From positions 1,984,001-2,048,000 of the forward strand of contig CAVZZO010000001.1 in NCBI GenBank assembly GCA_963779755.1: a DNA stretch of 64,000 nt. Direction: 5' to 3'. A program made the position numbers and the translations under genes. The stretch comes from an uncultured Gemmatimonadales bacterium. GTDB taxonomy: Bacteria; Gemmatimonadota; Gemmatimonadetes; Gemmatimonadales; GWC2-71-9. The notes under the pieces were generated by a model. It saw only the letters and a list, made by a program, of their open reading frames with translations, made no database searches and was not told where the DNA came from. This document shows, one piece after another, positions 50,776-60,337 of this stretch (its first letter is position 1; each line of letters starts with the position of its first letter).

Positions 50776-52586
50776 GCATGATTCCGGACGAGATCATCGA
50801 GCAGGTGCGCGACAGCGCCGATCTCGTCGGAGTCATCGGAGAGTCGGTGGATCTGCGCCGCACCGGCGCGGACTACCGGGGGCCCTGTCCCTTTCATGGC
50901 GGCACCCATCGCAACTTTGCCGTGATTCCCCGCAAGGGACTGTTCTACTGCTACGTCTGCCACGCCGCGGGCGACATCTTTTCCTACTTCATGAAACGGT
51001 TCGGCATGGACTATCCCTCCGCCGTGCGCGAAGTCGCGCGGCGGAGCGGCATCGTCATCCCCGAACAGACCAGCCGGGCCGGGCCCGATCCGCGCGAGCC
51101 GCTCTTCAGTGCGGTTTCGGTGGCGCAGGAGTGGTATGCGCTGCAGCTGCGGGAATCGCGGGAAGCGGAACCGGCGCGCCGCTATCTTGCGGGGCGCGGC
51201 TTTTCCCCGGAGGCGGCGCAGCCGCTGGGGCTGGGCTACGCGCCGCCCGGCCCGGCGTTCCTGGCCGAGATGGGCAAGCACGAGATCCCCGAGGCGATCC
51301 TGCTGGAGGCGGGGCTGGTGTTCCGCCGGGATGACGGCTCGCTGGTGCCGCGCTTTCGCGGGCGCCTGCTGATCCCCATTCACGACCTCCGCGGCCGGGT
51401 GGTGGGGTTCGGGGGGCGCATTCTGGGACCGGGAGAGCCCAAGTATCTCAACTCGCCCGAGACGCCGATCTTCCACAAGGGATCGCTGCTCTACAACCTG
51501 CACCAGGCCCGCCACCCGGTCCGCAAGGCGGAGCTGGCGATCGTGGTGGAAGGGTATTTTGATGTACTGGCGCTGGTGCAGGCCGGCATTGAAAATGTGG
51601 TGGCGCCGCTGGGCACCGCGCTGACGGGCGATCAGGCCGCCCTGCTGCGCCGGTTCGCGCCCGCTGCGGCGCTCATGTTCGACAGCGACAGCGCCGGCCA
51701 GCGGGCGACCTTCCGCACCGCCGACGAGCTGTTGCGCCACGAGGTCCGGGTGCGGGTGGCAACATTGCCACCGGGCCAGGATCCCGATACCGTGGTGCGC
51801 GAGGCCGGCGCCGCCGCCATCGAGAAGCTGGTGGAGGATGCGGTGGACGTGCTGGAGCGGAAGATCCAGCTACTGGAACGCAAGGGCTGGTTCAGCGGCA
51901 TGGAGCACCGCCGCGACGCGCTCGACCGGCTGCTTCCCACCGTGCGGGCCGCCCACGATTCGATCACCCGCGAGCTCTACCTCGGCCTCATCGCCGAGCG
52001 GACCGGCGTCAGCCGCCGGGTACTGGAGGAGGAGCTGGCACGGAACACCCGCAACGCGCCCCCGGCAGCGGAGGCGGCGGCGCCGGAGCGGCGGGAACGT
52101 GCGGCGCCCCCGGCGCGGCCCCGCGCGGGCGCCCACGCCGAGCGGGAAGTGCTGCGCGTCGTCATGCACTACGACGGCTGGCTGGAGCGCGCCAGGAACG
52201 ATATCCCGCCGGAATGGATCGAAGGCCCCGCGGCGCGCGAGGTGTATACTGCGTTGCTGGACGCCGGCCCCGACCTGGCGGCCGAGCGGTTGGAGAGTCT
52301 CAGCGAACCGGCCCGGGCATTGTGGGAAGCCCTCACGGTGCCGTCCGGTCTGGAAGAGCGGCAGGCGGGTGACAGTTATGAGGCGGCCCGCCAGATGCTC
52401 GAGGCCCGGCCCCATTTCCGGCAGTACTACCGCCTGAGCCGCCAGCTGCGGATCGCGGCGGGAGAGGAGAAGGACGCCTTGTTCGTGCAGAAGAATGCCA
52501 TGCGGCAGGACCTGCGGCGCCGCTTTCCCGGCGCGTTCGACCGCTTCATGATGCGGCGCCACTCCGGCCGCCGGGCGCAGGGATGA
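50772..52586 (+). CDS. dnaG: DNA primase
   Basis: CPFH..CYVC zinc finger, FGGR, KYLNSPET, VEGYFD and FDSD. Confidence 0.97.
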   Translation: MSMIPDEIIEQVRDSADLVGVIGESVDLRRTGADYRGPCPFHGGTHRNFAVIPRKGLFYCYVCHAAGDIFSYFMKRFGMDYPSAVREVARRSGIVIPEQTSRAGPDPREPLFSAVSVAQEWYALQLRESREAEPARRYLAGRGFSPEAAQPLGLGYAPPGPAFLAEMGKHEIPEAILLEAGLVFRRDDGSLVPRFRGRLLIPIHDLRGRVVGFGGRILGPGEPKYLNSPETPIFHKGSLLYNLHQARHPVRKAELAIVVEGYFDVLALVQAGIENVVAPLGTALTGDQAALLRRFAPAAALMFDSDSAGQRATFRTADELLRHEVRVRVATLPPGQDPDTVVREAGAAAIEKLVEDAVDVLERKIQLLERKGWFSGMEHRRDALDRLLPTVRAAHDSITRELYLGLIAERTGVSRRVLEEELARNTRNAPPAAEAAAPERRERAAPPARPRAGAHAEREVLRVVMHYDGWLERARNDIPPEWIEGPAAREVYTALLDAGPDLAAERLESLSEPARALWEALTVPSGLEERQAGDSYEAARQMLEARPHFRQYYRLSRQLRIAAGEEKDALFVQKNAMRQDLRRRFPGAFDRFMMRRHSGRRAQG

Positions 52587-52670
52587 GGGAAGGGTCCAGC
52601 ATGCCCTCCGGCTGGCGGTTTCGGCTCCCCTCCACTCCCGATTCCCCATTCCTTCATTCCTGGAGTCTTA

Positions 52671-53381
52671 ATGCATCCTGAGATCGTCAAGCTGCTGGAT
52701 CTGCAGACCAAGGATTCCGCCGTTCGTGTCGTCGATGATAGCCTGGAACAGCTCGCCTCGGAAGAGGCCGCGCTCGATGCCGACCTGGCGCAGGCCCAGG
52801 CCGGGCTGGACGCGGCCGGACGCGCGGTGCAGGACGCCACGCGCCGGCGCGACGAAATGGAATCCAAGATCGAACTGCACCGGCAGCATCAGGAGCGGCG
52901 CCGCGAAAAGCTGGAGTTTCTGCATAACCAGCGCGAAATCGCCGCCCAGATGGCCGAGATCGACCTCGCCCGTTCCGTGCTGGCCAACGAGGAAAGCGAG
53001 TGGGTCAAGACCTCCGACCAGGTGCAGGCGCTGCAGGCCAGGGAACAGGAAGTGGGTGAGGAACTCGCCCGCCTGAAAGAAGCCCAGCAGGAACAGCGCG
53101 CCGCGCTGTCTGCCCGCCGCGCCGAGCTGGGCCGGGAACGGGAGGCGGCGGTGGCGGAGCGTGAGCGTAGCGCGGAAGGGATCGATCGCCAGTTGCTGAC
53201 GCAGTACGATCGGCTGCGGAGCAGCCGGAGCAGCGAGGTGGTCGTCTCGCTGAGCGGCGCCGCCTGCGGGGCCTGCTTCACCGCGGTCCCGCTCAACCGG
53301 CGGAGCCAGATCCGCAGCGGCCAGCTGGTCGAGATCTGCGAATCGTGCGGGGTTATCCTGTACGCAGCCGAAGGAGAATGA
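52671..53381 (+). CDS. Coiled-coil C4-type zinc-ribbon protein (COG1579-like)
   Basis: Long coiled coil ending CGAC...CESC. Confidence 0.88.
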   Translation: MHPEIVKLLDLQTKDSAVRVVDDSLEQLASEEAALDADLAQAQAGLDAAGRAVQDATRRRDEMESKIELHRQHQERRREKLEFLHNQREIAAQMAEIDLARSVLANEESEWVKTSDQVQALQAREQEVGEELARLKEAQQEQRAALSARRAELGREREAAVAERERSAEGIDRQLLTQYDRLRSSRSSEVVVSLSGAACGACFTAVPLNRRSQIRSGQLVEICESCGVILYAAEGE

Positions 53382-53418
53382 TCCCGCCGGCTGCCCCGGT
53401 GGAAGCATTATGGGAGTG

Positions 53419-55134
53419 ATGCCCTCACCCGTGTCCCTGCCGGTCACCCGCTGGGTCTTCGCCGAGGCCCCGCCGGCCCAGCTGGTGGGCGCCCTCGCCG
53501 CCGAGCTGGGATTGCCCCTGCCCCTGGCGGCACTGCTAGTGCAGCGGGGGTTCGACACCCCCGCGGTCGCGCGGCGCTTCCTCCGGCCCGGAATGGAGCA
53601 GCTCTCCGATCCGGCGGCCCTGGCGGGCATGGCCGATGCGGTCGATGCCGTGGCGCGGGTGGCGCGGGCCGGGGGGACCATCCTGGTGCACGGCGATTAC
53701 GACGTCGACGGCCAGTGCGCCGCCGCCCTCCTGACCCGGGTGCTGCGGCTCTCGCCGGCGCGGGTGGTGCCCTTCGTCCCGCACCGGCTGCGCGACGGCT
53801 ACGACTTCGGCGCCGCGGGCCTCGCCGCCGCCCGGGCGGCGGGGGCCAGTCTGATCATCACCTGCGACTGCGGCATCACCGCGGTGGAGGCCGTGCGCCA
53901 GGCCACGGAGGCCGGCATCGGCGTGGTGGTGACCGACCACCATCTGCCGGGCCCCCTCCTGCCTCCGGCGCTGGCCGTGGTCGATCCGCAGCGCCCGGAC
54001 GATCGCTCCGGCGCCCAGGGGCTCTGCGGCACCGGCGTCGCCTTCAAATTGGCGCAGGCACTGGTCCCCGTCCTGGGGCTTCCGGAGAATCTCCCCTATC
54101 ACCTGCTGGATATCGTCGCGCTGGCGACCGTGGCCGATCTGGTCCCCCTTACCGGCGAAAACCGCGCGCTGGTGCGGATGGGCCTCCGGCTCCTCAACCG
54201 GAGCCGCTGGCCCGGGGTCCGCGCCCTCATCGAGGTGGCCGGCCTCGCCGGGCGGGAGATCCGGGCGGGCCATCTGGGCTTTCTGCTGGGGCCGCGGCTG
54301 AATGCCGCCGGCCGGGTGGGCGATGCGGGGGACGGCCTGCGCCTGCTGCTCTGCGACGATGTGCCGCAGGCACAGGAGCTGGCCCGGCAGCTGGACCGGC
54401 TCAACGAGGAGCGCCAGCGCCTCGACCAGCGCATGCTGGAAGAGGTCCTGGAGCGGATCGAGCGCGAGAGCGGCGACCACACCCGCGCCGTGGTGCTGGC
54501 GGGCGACGGCTGGCACCCCGGGGTGGTGGGGATCGTGGCCTCCCGTGTGGTCGAGCGCTTCGGCCGCCCGACGTTCCTGGTGGCGTTCGACGGCAATGTG
54601 GGGCGCGGCTCAGGCCGCAGCATCTCACGGTTCGATCTTCACGCGGCGCTCCACGCCTGTGGCGATCTGCTGGAGCGATACGGCGGCCACCATATGGCGG
54701 CCGGCCTCACCATCCGGCGCGACCGCTTCGACGACTTCCGCCGGCGCTTTGCCGGCGAGGCCGCCCGCCTCCTGGCCGATGAAGATCTCGGGCCGGAGCA
54801 GCGGGTGGATCTCGTTCTTCCGCTGGCCGACGCCACCGCCGACCTGGAACGGCTCTGTCGCCACCTGGAGCCCTGCGGCATGGGCAATCCCGCCCCGGTT
54901 TTCGGGGTGCAGGGCGTCCGGCTGGCGGGCCGCAGGCGGGTAGGCAATGGCCATCTCAAGGGTACGCTGATCGACGGCCCCAGCCGGCTCGAAGTCATCG
55001 GCTTCAGCTGGGCCGACCGGGTCGGCTCCCTGGAGGACGGGCCGGTGGATATCGCCTTCCGCCTGGAAACCAATGAATGGCAGGGCCGGGTGAGCCTGCA
55101 GGCCCGGGTCATCTCGCTGCTGGCCTCTGCCTGA
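53419..55134 (+). CDS. recJ: ssDNA exonuclease RecJ
   Basis: GDYDVDG, TCDCG, TDHH, GPRLNAAGR and GGH; start 53410-53419. Confidence 0.96.
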   Translation: MPSPVSLPVTRWVFAEAPPAQLVGALAAELGLPLPLAALLVQRGFDTPAVARRFLRPGMEQLSDPAALAGMADAVDAVARVARAGGTILVHGDYDVDGQCAAALLTRVLRLSPARVVPFVPHRLRDGYDFGAAGLAAARAAGASLIITCDCGITAVEAVRQATEAGIGVVVTDHHLPGPLLPPALAVVDPQRPDDRSGAQGLCGTGVAFKLAQALVPVLGLPENLPYHLLDIVALATVADLVPLTGENRALVRMGLRLLNRSRWPGVRALIEVAGLAGREIRAGHLGFLLGPRLNAAGRVGDAGDGLRLLLCDDVPQAQELARQLDRLNEERQRLDQRMLEEVLERIERESGDHTRAVVLAGDGWHPGVVGIVASRVVERFGRPTFLVAFDGNVGRGSGRSISRFDLHAALHACGDLLERYGGHHMAAGLTIRRDRFDDFRRRFAGEAARLLADEDLGPEQRVDLVLPLADATADLERLCRHLEPCGMGNPAPVFGVQGVRLAGRRRVGNGHLKGTLIDGPSRLEVIGFSWADRVGSLEDGPVDIAFRLETNEWQGRVSLQARVISLLASA

Positions 55135-55141
55135 ACGCGGC

Positions 55142-55657
55142 ATGCGGATCACGGGAGGGACGCTCCGCGGCCGGCGGCTGGCCCCGCCCCGCGACGCGCG
55201 GGTCCGGCCCACCAGCGACCGGGTGCGGGAGGCCTGGATGAGCATTCTTCAGGGAAGCCTCCCCGGCGCCCGGGTGCTCGACCTCTATGCCGGAAGCGGG
55301 GCCCTGGGGCTGGAAGCCCTGAGCCGCGGGGCCGCGCGGACCGATTTCGTCGAGCTGAGTCCGCCCTCTCTCCGGGCCTTGGGCGAGAACATCGCCAGTC
55401 TGGGTGTGGAGAGCCGGGCGGTGGTGCACCGCGCCGACGCGCTGCGGTTCGCCGGGCGCCTCCAGGCCGGAGCGTACGATCTCGCCCTGGCCGATCCCCC
55501 CTACAATCGGGATGACGCGCTCCAGCTGGTGGACCTGTTCCGCCGCACGCCCTTCGTGCGTATCCTGTCTGTCGAGCACCGCTCTGCCCTGGAGCTGCCG
55601 GGCGACGACACCCGCCGCTACGGCGACACCGCCCTCACCTTCTGCTACGCGCCATGA
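55142..55657 (+). CDS. rsmD: 16S rRNA m2G966 methyltransferase
   Basis: MRITGG, RPTSDRVREA, LDLYAGSGALG and DPPY. Confidence 0.95.
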   Translation: MRITGGTLRGRRLAPPRDARVRPTSDRVREAWMSILQGSLPGARVLDLYAGSGALGLEALSRGAARTDFVELSPPSLRALGENIASLGVESRAVVHRADALRFAGRLQAGAYDLALADPPYNRDDALQLVDLFRRTPFVRILSVEHRSALELPGDDTRRYGDTALTFCYAP

Positions 55658-56154
55658 CACGCATCGCGGTCTATCCCGGCTCGTTCGACCCCCCCACCCG
55701 CGGGCACGAAGACCTGATCCGCCGCAGCCTGGCTCTGGCCGACGAGTTGATCGTGGCGATCGCCACCAACTCCTCCAAGAGCCCGCTGTTCACCGTGGAG
55801 GAGCGGCTGGCGCTGCTGCAGACGGTGGCCGGGGGCCTGCCTCGCGTCCGGCTGGAGGCCTTCGACGGCCTGCTGGTGGACTTCGCCCGCAAGGTGAACG
55901 CGAGCATCATCGTGCGGGGGCTGCGGGCGGTGAGCGATTTCGAGTACGAATTCCAGATGGCCCTCATGAACCGCCAGCTCCATCCCGCCCTGGAGACCGT
56001 CTTTCTGGTGCCAGCGGTGGACCAGACCTACCTGAGCGCCAGCCTGGCCCGGGAGGTGGCCCGCTACGGTGGGGATGTCAGTGCCCTGGTGCACCCGGAG
56101 GTGGCCCGGGCGCTGGCGGCCAAGTTCGCCCCGGCGGGCCCCTCCCGGGCCTGA
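55654..56154 (+). CDS. coaD: Pantetheine-phosphate adenylyltransferase
   Basis: YPGSFDPPTRGH and RGLRAVSDFEYE. Confidence 0.97.
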   Translation: MTRIAVYPGSFDPPTRGHEDLIRRSLALADELIVAIATNSSKSPLFTVEERLALLQTVAGGLPRVRLEAFDGLLVDFARKVNASIIVRGLRAVSDFEYEFQMALMNRQLHPALETVFLVPAVDQTYLSASLAREVARYGGDVSALVHPEVARALAAKFAPAGPSRA

Positions 56155-56183
56155 CCCGCCACCTCGCGCCCCAACCCCAATTG

Positions 56184-56192
56184 TGATATACT
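56184..56192 (+). promoter_or_regulatory. Extended -10 promoter (TGnTATACT) for the STAS operon
   Basis: TGaTATACT about 90 bp upstream of ATG 56282. Confidence 0.6.
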
Positions 56193-56229
56193 GTTGAGTC
56201 GTATGGCGGAGGACTGCTCGGCGATCCCT

Positions 56230-56269
56230 TGCCGTCCTGCCGTCCTGCCGTCCTGCCGTCCTGCCGTCC
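56230..56269. repeat. (TGCCGTCC)x5 in the 5' leader
   Basis: Same octamer as the 34.5-kb and 63.3-kb arrays; abuts the SD GGGAGGAG. Confidence 0.92.
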
Positions 56270-56281
56270 GGGAGGAGTTCC

Positions 56282-56617
56282 ATGGGCTTTACCGCCGTCC
56301 GCGAATCCAACGGAGTCATGGTGGTGCGGGTCGAGGGTCAGCTCATCGTGGGTAACCGCCAGGAGCTGAAGACCGTCGTCCAGCAGGCCCTGGAGAACGG
56401 CGAGCGCAAGTTCCTCATCGACTTCTCCCGCACCGGCTATATCGACTCCTCCGGACTCGGCGCCCTGGTGTCCATCTCCAAGAAGATCCGGGAACAGGGC
56501 GGCGACCTGCGTCTGTCGGGGCTCAACGAAGATCTGCGATCGCTGTTCGAGCTGACCAAACTGGATACGCTCTTCGCGATCGCCGATACCCCCGAACAGG
56601 CGCTCGCGGCCTTCTAG
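56282..56617 (+). CDS. Anti-sigma factor antagonist (STAS, RsbV-like)
   Basis: YIDSSGLGALV phosphorylation motif. Confidence 0.93.
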   Translation: MGFTAVRESNGVMVVRVEGQLIVGNRQELKTVVQQALENGERKFLIDFSRTGYIDSSGLGALVSISKKIREQGGDLRLSGLNEDLRSLFELTKLDTLFAIADTPEQALAAF

Positions 56618-56619
56618 CC

Positions 56620-57144
56620 ATGGCGGGGCCCCTGCGGGTCCATCCGGAGCCTCCGGACGGCGGCGGCCGGCCGCGAACGGGCGAGACCGTCCTGCGGCTC
56701 TGCGTCCGCCGGGCTCCACGCCCGGAGTCCGGGCGCGGCGAGGTGGTTTCGCTGCGGCTCCCCAGCGAAGTCGCCTGCATCGAGGAAGCGGTAGACCTGC
56801 TGGTGCGCCACTGCCTCGCCAGCGCCGCCTGGACGTCCCGCCGGCTCCGTTTCACCCTGCGGGTGGTACTGGCCGAGTCGCTGGCCAATGCCATCATCTG
56901 CGGGAACGGCGAAGATCCGGGCAAATCGGTGCTGGTCGAGGCCGAGCTCGAGCCCGATCAGATCCGGCTTCACGTGACCGACGAAGGGCCGGGCTTCGAC
57001 CCCGGCCTGTTGCCCGATCCCACCGCCCCTGACGATATCGAGAACACCTGCGGCCGCGGCGTCTTCCTCATTCGCCGCATGGTCGACGACGTCAGCTTCA
57101 ACCCCAGGGGGAACTCCATCTGCATGACGCTGCGCCGCAAGTAG
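56620..57144 (+). CDS. Anti-sigma factor / Ser kinase (RsbW-like HATPase)
   Basis: ESLANAI, DEGPGFD and GRGVFLI; exact start uncertain. Confidence 0.88.
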   Translation: MAGPLRVHPEPPDGGGRPRTGETVLRLCVRRAPRPESGRGEVVSLRLPSEVACIEEAVDLLVRHCLASAAWTSRRLRFTLRVVLAESLANAIICGNGEDPGKSVLVEAELEPDQIRLHVTDEGPGFDPGLLPDPTAPDDIENTCGRGVFLIRRMVDDVSFNPRGNSICMTLRRK

Positions 57145-58709
57145 CGCGGCTCGACTCCGTCCTCGAACAACTCGGCGATCTGGCGGGCGGCACCATCCGG
57201 CTCTGGCGGGAGGATGGCCGGGGGCTCCACCTCTGGCATGGCCCGGCGGCGGAGTACGTGCCACCCTCGCCCGCCGTCGAGGGGTTCGTCACCACGCCCG
57301 AGGGCGGGTCCTGGCTCCTGCCCGTCCCCGAGGCCGAAGGCCTCTGGCTGGAGCTGTGCGGCGGGCTCGACGCCGAGCAGCGCGCGCGCGATGCCGTGCC
57401 GGTGGTGGCGGTCCTGTTCGAGCGCGAGCGCCAGACCATCCATCTGGCCGAGGAGCTGGCCAGCCGCTACGAGGAGATCGATCTTCTCTACGCCATCAGC
57501 GAAATCCTGGGCCGCACCGTCCGGCTGGAAGAAGCGGCACAGACCATCGTGCGCGAGGTGAGCACGGTGGTGGGCGCGCGCCGTGCCAGCATCATGGTGG
57601 CCGACAACGGCACGCTCCGCACCGTGGCCGCGCGGGGCTTCTCGGCCTCCCAGCTGGAGCCGGTGCCGGTGGACGACAGCCGCTCCGTGGCGGCGCTGGC
57701 CTGGCGGGAGCGGCGGGTGGTCGCCTTCGATCCCGCGGCGCCACCCGGCGATCTTCCGCCCCCGGCCCCCGGGCGCGGGTATCGCACCCGGGCCTACGTT
57801 TCGGTGCCCATCTCCTATGCCGCACCCGGCGGCCCTTCCCGCTGCATCGGGGTGCTCAACCTGACCGACCGGCTGGGTACCGATGCCTTCGGCTCCCGCG
57901 ACGTCAAGCTACTCACCGCCGTGGCCAACCAGATCGGGGCGGCCATCGAGAACGCCCGGTTGGTGGCGCGCGACCTGGTCCAGCAGCGGCTGCGCCGCGA
58001 GCTGGAACTGGCGCACGATCTCCAGCTCCGCCTGCTGCCCTCGCCCGCGGTGCTGCACGGGGCCGCCGAGGTGGCGGCGCGCTGCCGACAGGCCGACAGC
58101 GTCGGCGGCGATTTCTACACCTTCAGCCGCCTGGCGGGCGGCCGGGTGGGCGTCATGCTGGGCGACGTCAGCTCGCACGGGTTCCCCGCCGCCCTGGTGA
58201 TGGCGCTGGTCATCGCCGCCGCCGGGATCCACGCCGCCTCGTCCTTCAGCCCCGATGAGACGCTGGTCGCGCTGCTGGAGAGCCTGGCCAAGGAGCTGGA
58301 ATCCACCGAGATGTTCCTCAGCGTCTTCTACGGCGTGCTGCATCCCTCCGCCGGCCAGCTGATCTACTCCAGCGCCGGGCACCAGCACGCCTTCCGGGTA
58401 CCGGCAGCGGGAGCGCCCGAGCGGCTGGAAGTCACCTCGCCACCGCTGGGGCTGGCCTCCGCGGAGGGCATTGGGCGCCGGGTAGTAGACTGGGTGCCGG
58501 GGGATGACCTGCTCTGCCTCTGGACCGACGGCCTGGTGGACGGCCGTAACGAGGCGGGACAGCCCTTTGGCGAGGCCCGCCTGCTGGAGCTGCTCGGATC
58601 GATGCGGACGGATGATCCGGACGCCATCGTCGAGCGGGTCTTCGCCGAAGCCGAAGCCTTTACCCAGGAGCCGACGGACGATCGCACCCTGCTGGTGATG
58701 CGGGTGTGA
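57120..58709 (+). CDS. GAF + SpoIIE (PP2C) phosphatase, RsbU-like; start uncertain (CTG 57120 proposed, GTG 57258 in track)
   Basis: VGGDFY, GDVSSHG, SAGH, TDG and DDRT; upstream GAF domain. Confidence 0.9.
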   Translation: MHDAAPQVARLDSVLEQLGDLAGGTIRLWREDGRGLHLWHGPAAEYVPPSPAVEGFVTTPEGGSWLLPVPEAEGLWLELCGGLDAEQRARDAVPVVAVLFERERQTIHLAEELASRYEEIDLLYAISEILGRTVRLEEAAQTIVREVSTVVGARRASIMVADNGTLRTVAARGFSASQLEPVPVDDSRSVAALAWRERRVVAFDPAAPPGDLPPPAPGRGYRTRAYVSVPISYAAPGGPSRCIGVLNLTDRLGTDAFGSRDVKLLTAVANQIGAAIENARLVARDLVQQRLRRELELAHDLQLRLLPSPAVLHGAAEVAARCRQADSVGGDFYTFSRLAGGRVGVMLGDVSSHGFPAALVMALVIAAAGIHAASSFSPDETLVALLESLAKELESTEMFLSVFYGVLHPSAGQLIYSSAGHQHAFRVPAAGAPERLEVTSPPLGLASAEGIGRRVVDWVPGDDLLCLWTDGLVDGRNEAGQPFGEARLLELLGSMRTDDPDAIVERVFAEAEAFTQEPTDDRTLLVMRV

Positions 58710-58733
58710 GAAAACAGGACTGAGAGAACAGGA

Positions 58734-59552
58734 CTGAGAGAAAAACGCAGCGGGCCGCGGCCGCGGAAGTCGCTCGGCCAGCATTTCCTGTCCGATCCGG
58801 GCATTCTCAACCGGATTGCCGAGGCGCTCGAACCGCGCTCCGGCGAAACCGTCCTGGAGATCGGGCCGGGGCGGGGTGGGCTCACCGAGGCGCTCCTGCC
58901 GTGCACCTCGCGTCTGATCGCCATCGAGCGAGACCGCGCCTTGGTTCCCGTGCTGCGCCAGCGGTTCCCCTCGGTCGAGATCATCGAGGGCGATGCCCTG
59001 GCCCTGGACTGGCATGCGCTGGTGGGAGCCGGGCCGTTCGCGATCGCCGGCAACATCCCCTACAACATCACGTCCCCCCTGCTGGACCGTGCGCTGCAGC
59101 CGCCTCGTCCGCGCCGGATCGTCTTCCTGGTGCAGCTTGAGGTGGCCCAACGCCTCGCCGCGCCGGCCGGCGGCCGCGAGTATGGAGCGCTGACCGTCGG
59201 GGTTCGGGCCGTGGCGGAGGTGGAACAGCTCTTCCGCGTTCCCGCCGGCGCGTTCCATCCCCGGCCCCGGGTGGATTCGGCGGTGATCCGGCTGACCCCT
59301 CGCGGCGCTCCCCTGGTGGCCGACGGCGACATTGCGGCGTTCCGGCGCCTGGTCGTCGGGCTGTTCGGGTTTCGCCGGAAGCAGGTGATCCGCGGCCTGC
59401 GCGAGCTCACCGGCTGGCCCGCCGACCGGCTGCTGCCCATCCTGCTGGCGGCCGGCATCGCCGCCGAGGCGCGGCCCGAGACCCTCCCTCCCGAAGCGTT
59501 CGCCCGCCTCTTTCAGGGCCTGGGGGGCAGAGGTGTGTTTCCTTCGGATTGA
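58734..59552 (+). CDS. rsmA: 16S rRNA dimethyladenosine transferase (no canonical start; CTG 58734 proposed)
   Basis: PRKSLGQHFL and VLEIGPGRGGLT lie in frame upstream of the track start at 58941; GNIPYNITSP and F.PRPRVDSA. Confidence 0.9.
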   Translation: MREKRSGPRPRKSLGQHFLSDPGILNRIAEALEPRSGETVLEIGPGRGGLTEALLPCTSRLIAIERDRALVPVLRQRFPSVEIIEGDALALDWHALVGAGPFAIAGNIPYNITSPLLDRALQPPRPRRIVFLVQLEVAQRLAAPAGGREYGALTVGVRAVAEVEQLFRVPAGAFHPRPRVDSAVIRLTPRGAPLVADGDIAAFRRLVVGLFGFRRKQVIRGLRELTGWPADRLLPILLAAGIAAEARPETLPPEAFARLFQGLGGRGVFPSD

Positions 59553-59595
59553 CGCAAGCCCTTGCGGCGAGTAGCTTTGTGAAAGTTTTCACAAA
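59549..59595 (+). promoter_or_regulatory. Sigma70 promoter with overlapping Rex operator
   Basis: TTGACG-17-TAGCTT (59549-59577); consensus Rex box TTGTGAA-agtt-TTCACAA at 59577-59594. Confidence 0.92.
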
Positions 59596-59600
59596 ATCAA

Positions 59601-60221
59601 ATGCGCAAAATCGCCGAATCCACCGTTCGTCGGCTTTCCCTCTACTTGCGGTTTCTCGAGGAATTCGAGGACCAGGGCATTGCCACGGTCAGCTCCGACG
59701 CGCTCGCGCTGCGGGGCGGGACCACCTCTGCCCAGGTGCGGAAGGACCTGTCATTCTTCGGCTCGTTCGGCAAGCGGGGGCTGGGCTACGCGGTGCCCGA
59801 GCTGGCGGCGCAGCTGCGGGAGATCCTGGGGCTCAAGCGGCGCTATCGCGTCGCACTCATCGGGGCGGGGAAGATCGGCAGCGCGCTGGTGCAGTACAAG
59901 GGCTTTCAGCGCCGCGGGTTCGATATCGTCGCGATCTTCGACGTGGACCGCAACAAGATCGGGCGCCAGTGGAACGGCCTCACCGTCTCCGATGTGCGCG
60001 ACCTGGAAAGCGAGCTGGGGGCCCACCAGGTGGAGATCGCCGTGCTGGTGACCCCGGCGGAGGTGGCGCAGGAGCTGGCCGAGCGCCTGGTGGCGCTCGG
60101 CGTGAAGGCGATCCTCAATTTTGCGCCGGTCCAGCTGGGTGTGCCGGACGATGTCGCGGTGAAGAACGTCAATCTGGCGCTCGAGCTGGAGGCGTTGAGC
60201 TATGCCCTGACGAATCGGTAA
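59601..60221 (+). CDS. rex: Redox-sensing transcriptional repressor Rex
   Basis: RRLSLYLR, QVRKDLSFFG.FGKRGLGY, GAGKIG and ILNFAP. Confidence 0.97.
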   Translation: MRKIAESTVRRLSLYLRFLEEFEDQGIATVSSDALALRGGTTSAQVRKDLSFFGSFGKRGLGYAVPELAAQLREILGLKRRYRVALIGAGKIGSALVQYKGFQRRGFDIVAIFDVDRNKIGRQWNGLTVSDVRDLESELGAHQVEIAVLVTPAEVAQELAERLVALGVKAILNFAPVQLGVPDDVAVKNVNLALELEALSYALTNR

Positions 60222-60337
60222 GTGCGCCTTCAACCCTCTCGAGACCCTCGACCCTCTTGACCCGCCGGTAGAGGTCGAGGGGGCTGAGATGGTCGAGAGG
60301 TCGGCGAGGGTCCCATCCCCCGTTAACTTCCTTCCGC

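Noticed and set aside
44453..52670. Absence of grpE/dnaK after hrcA and of rpoD after dnaG
   Set aside because: Operon rearrangements of this kind are common and not evidence of loss from a single window.
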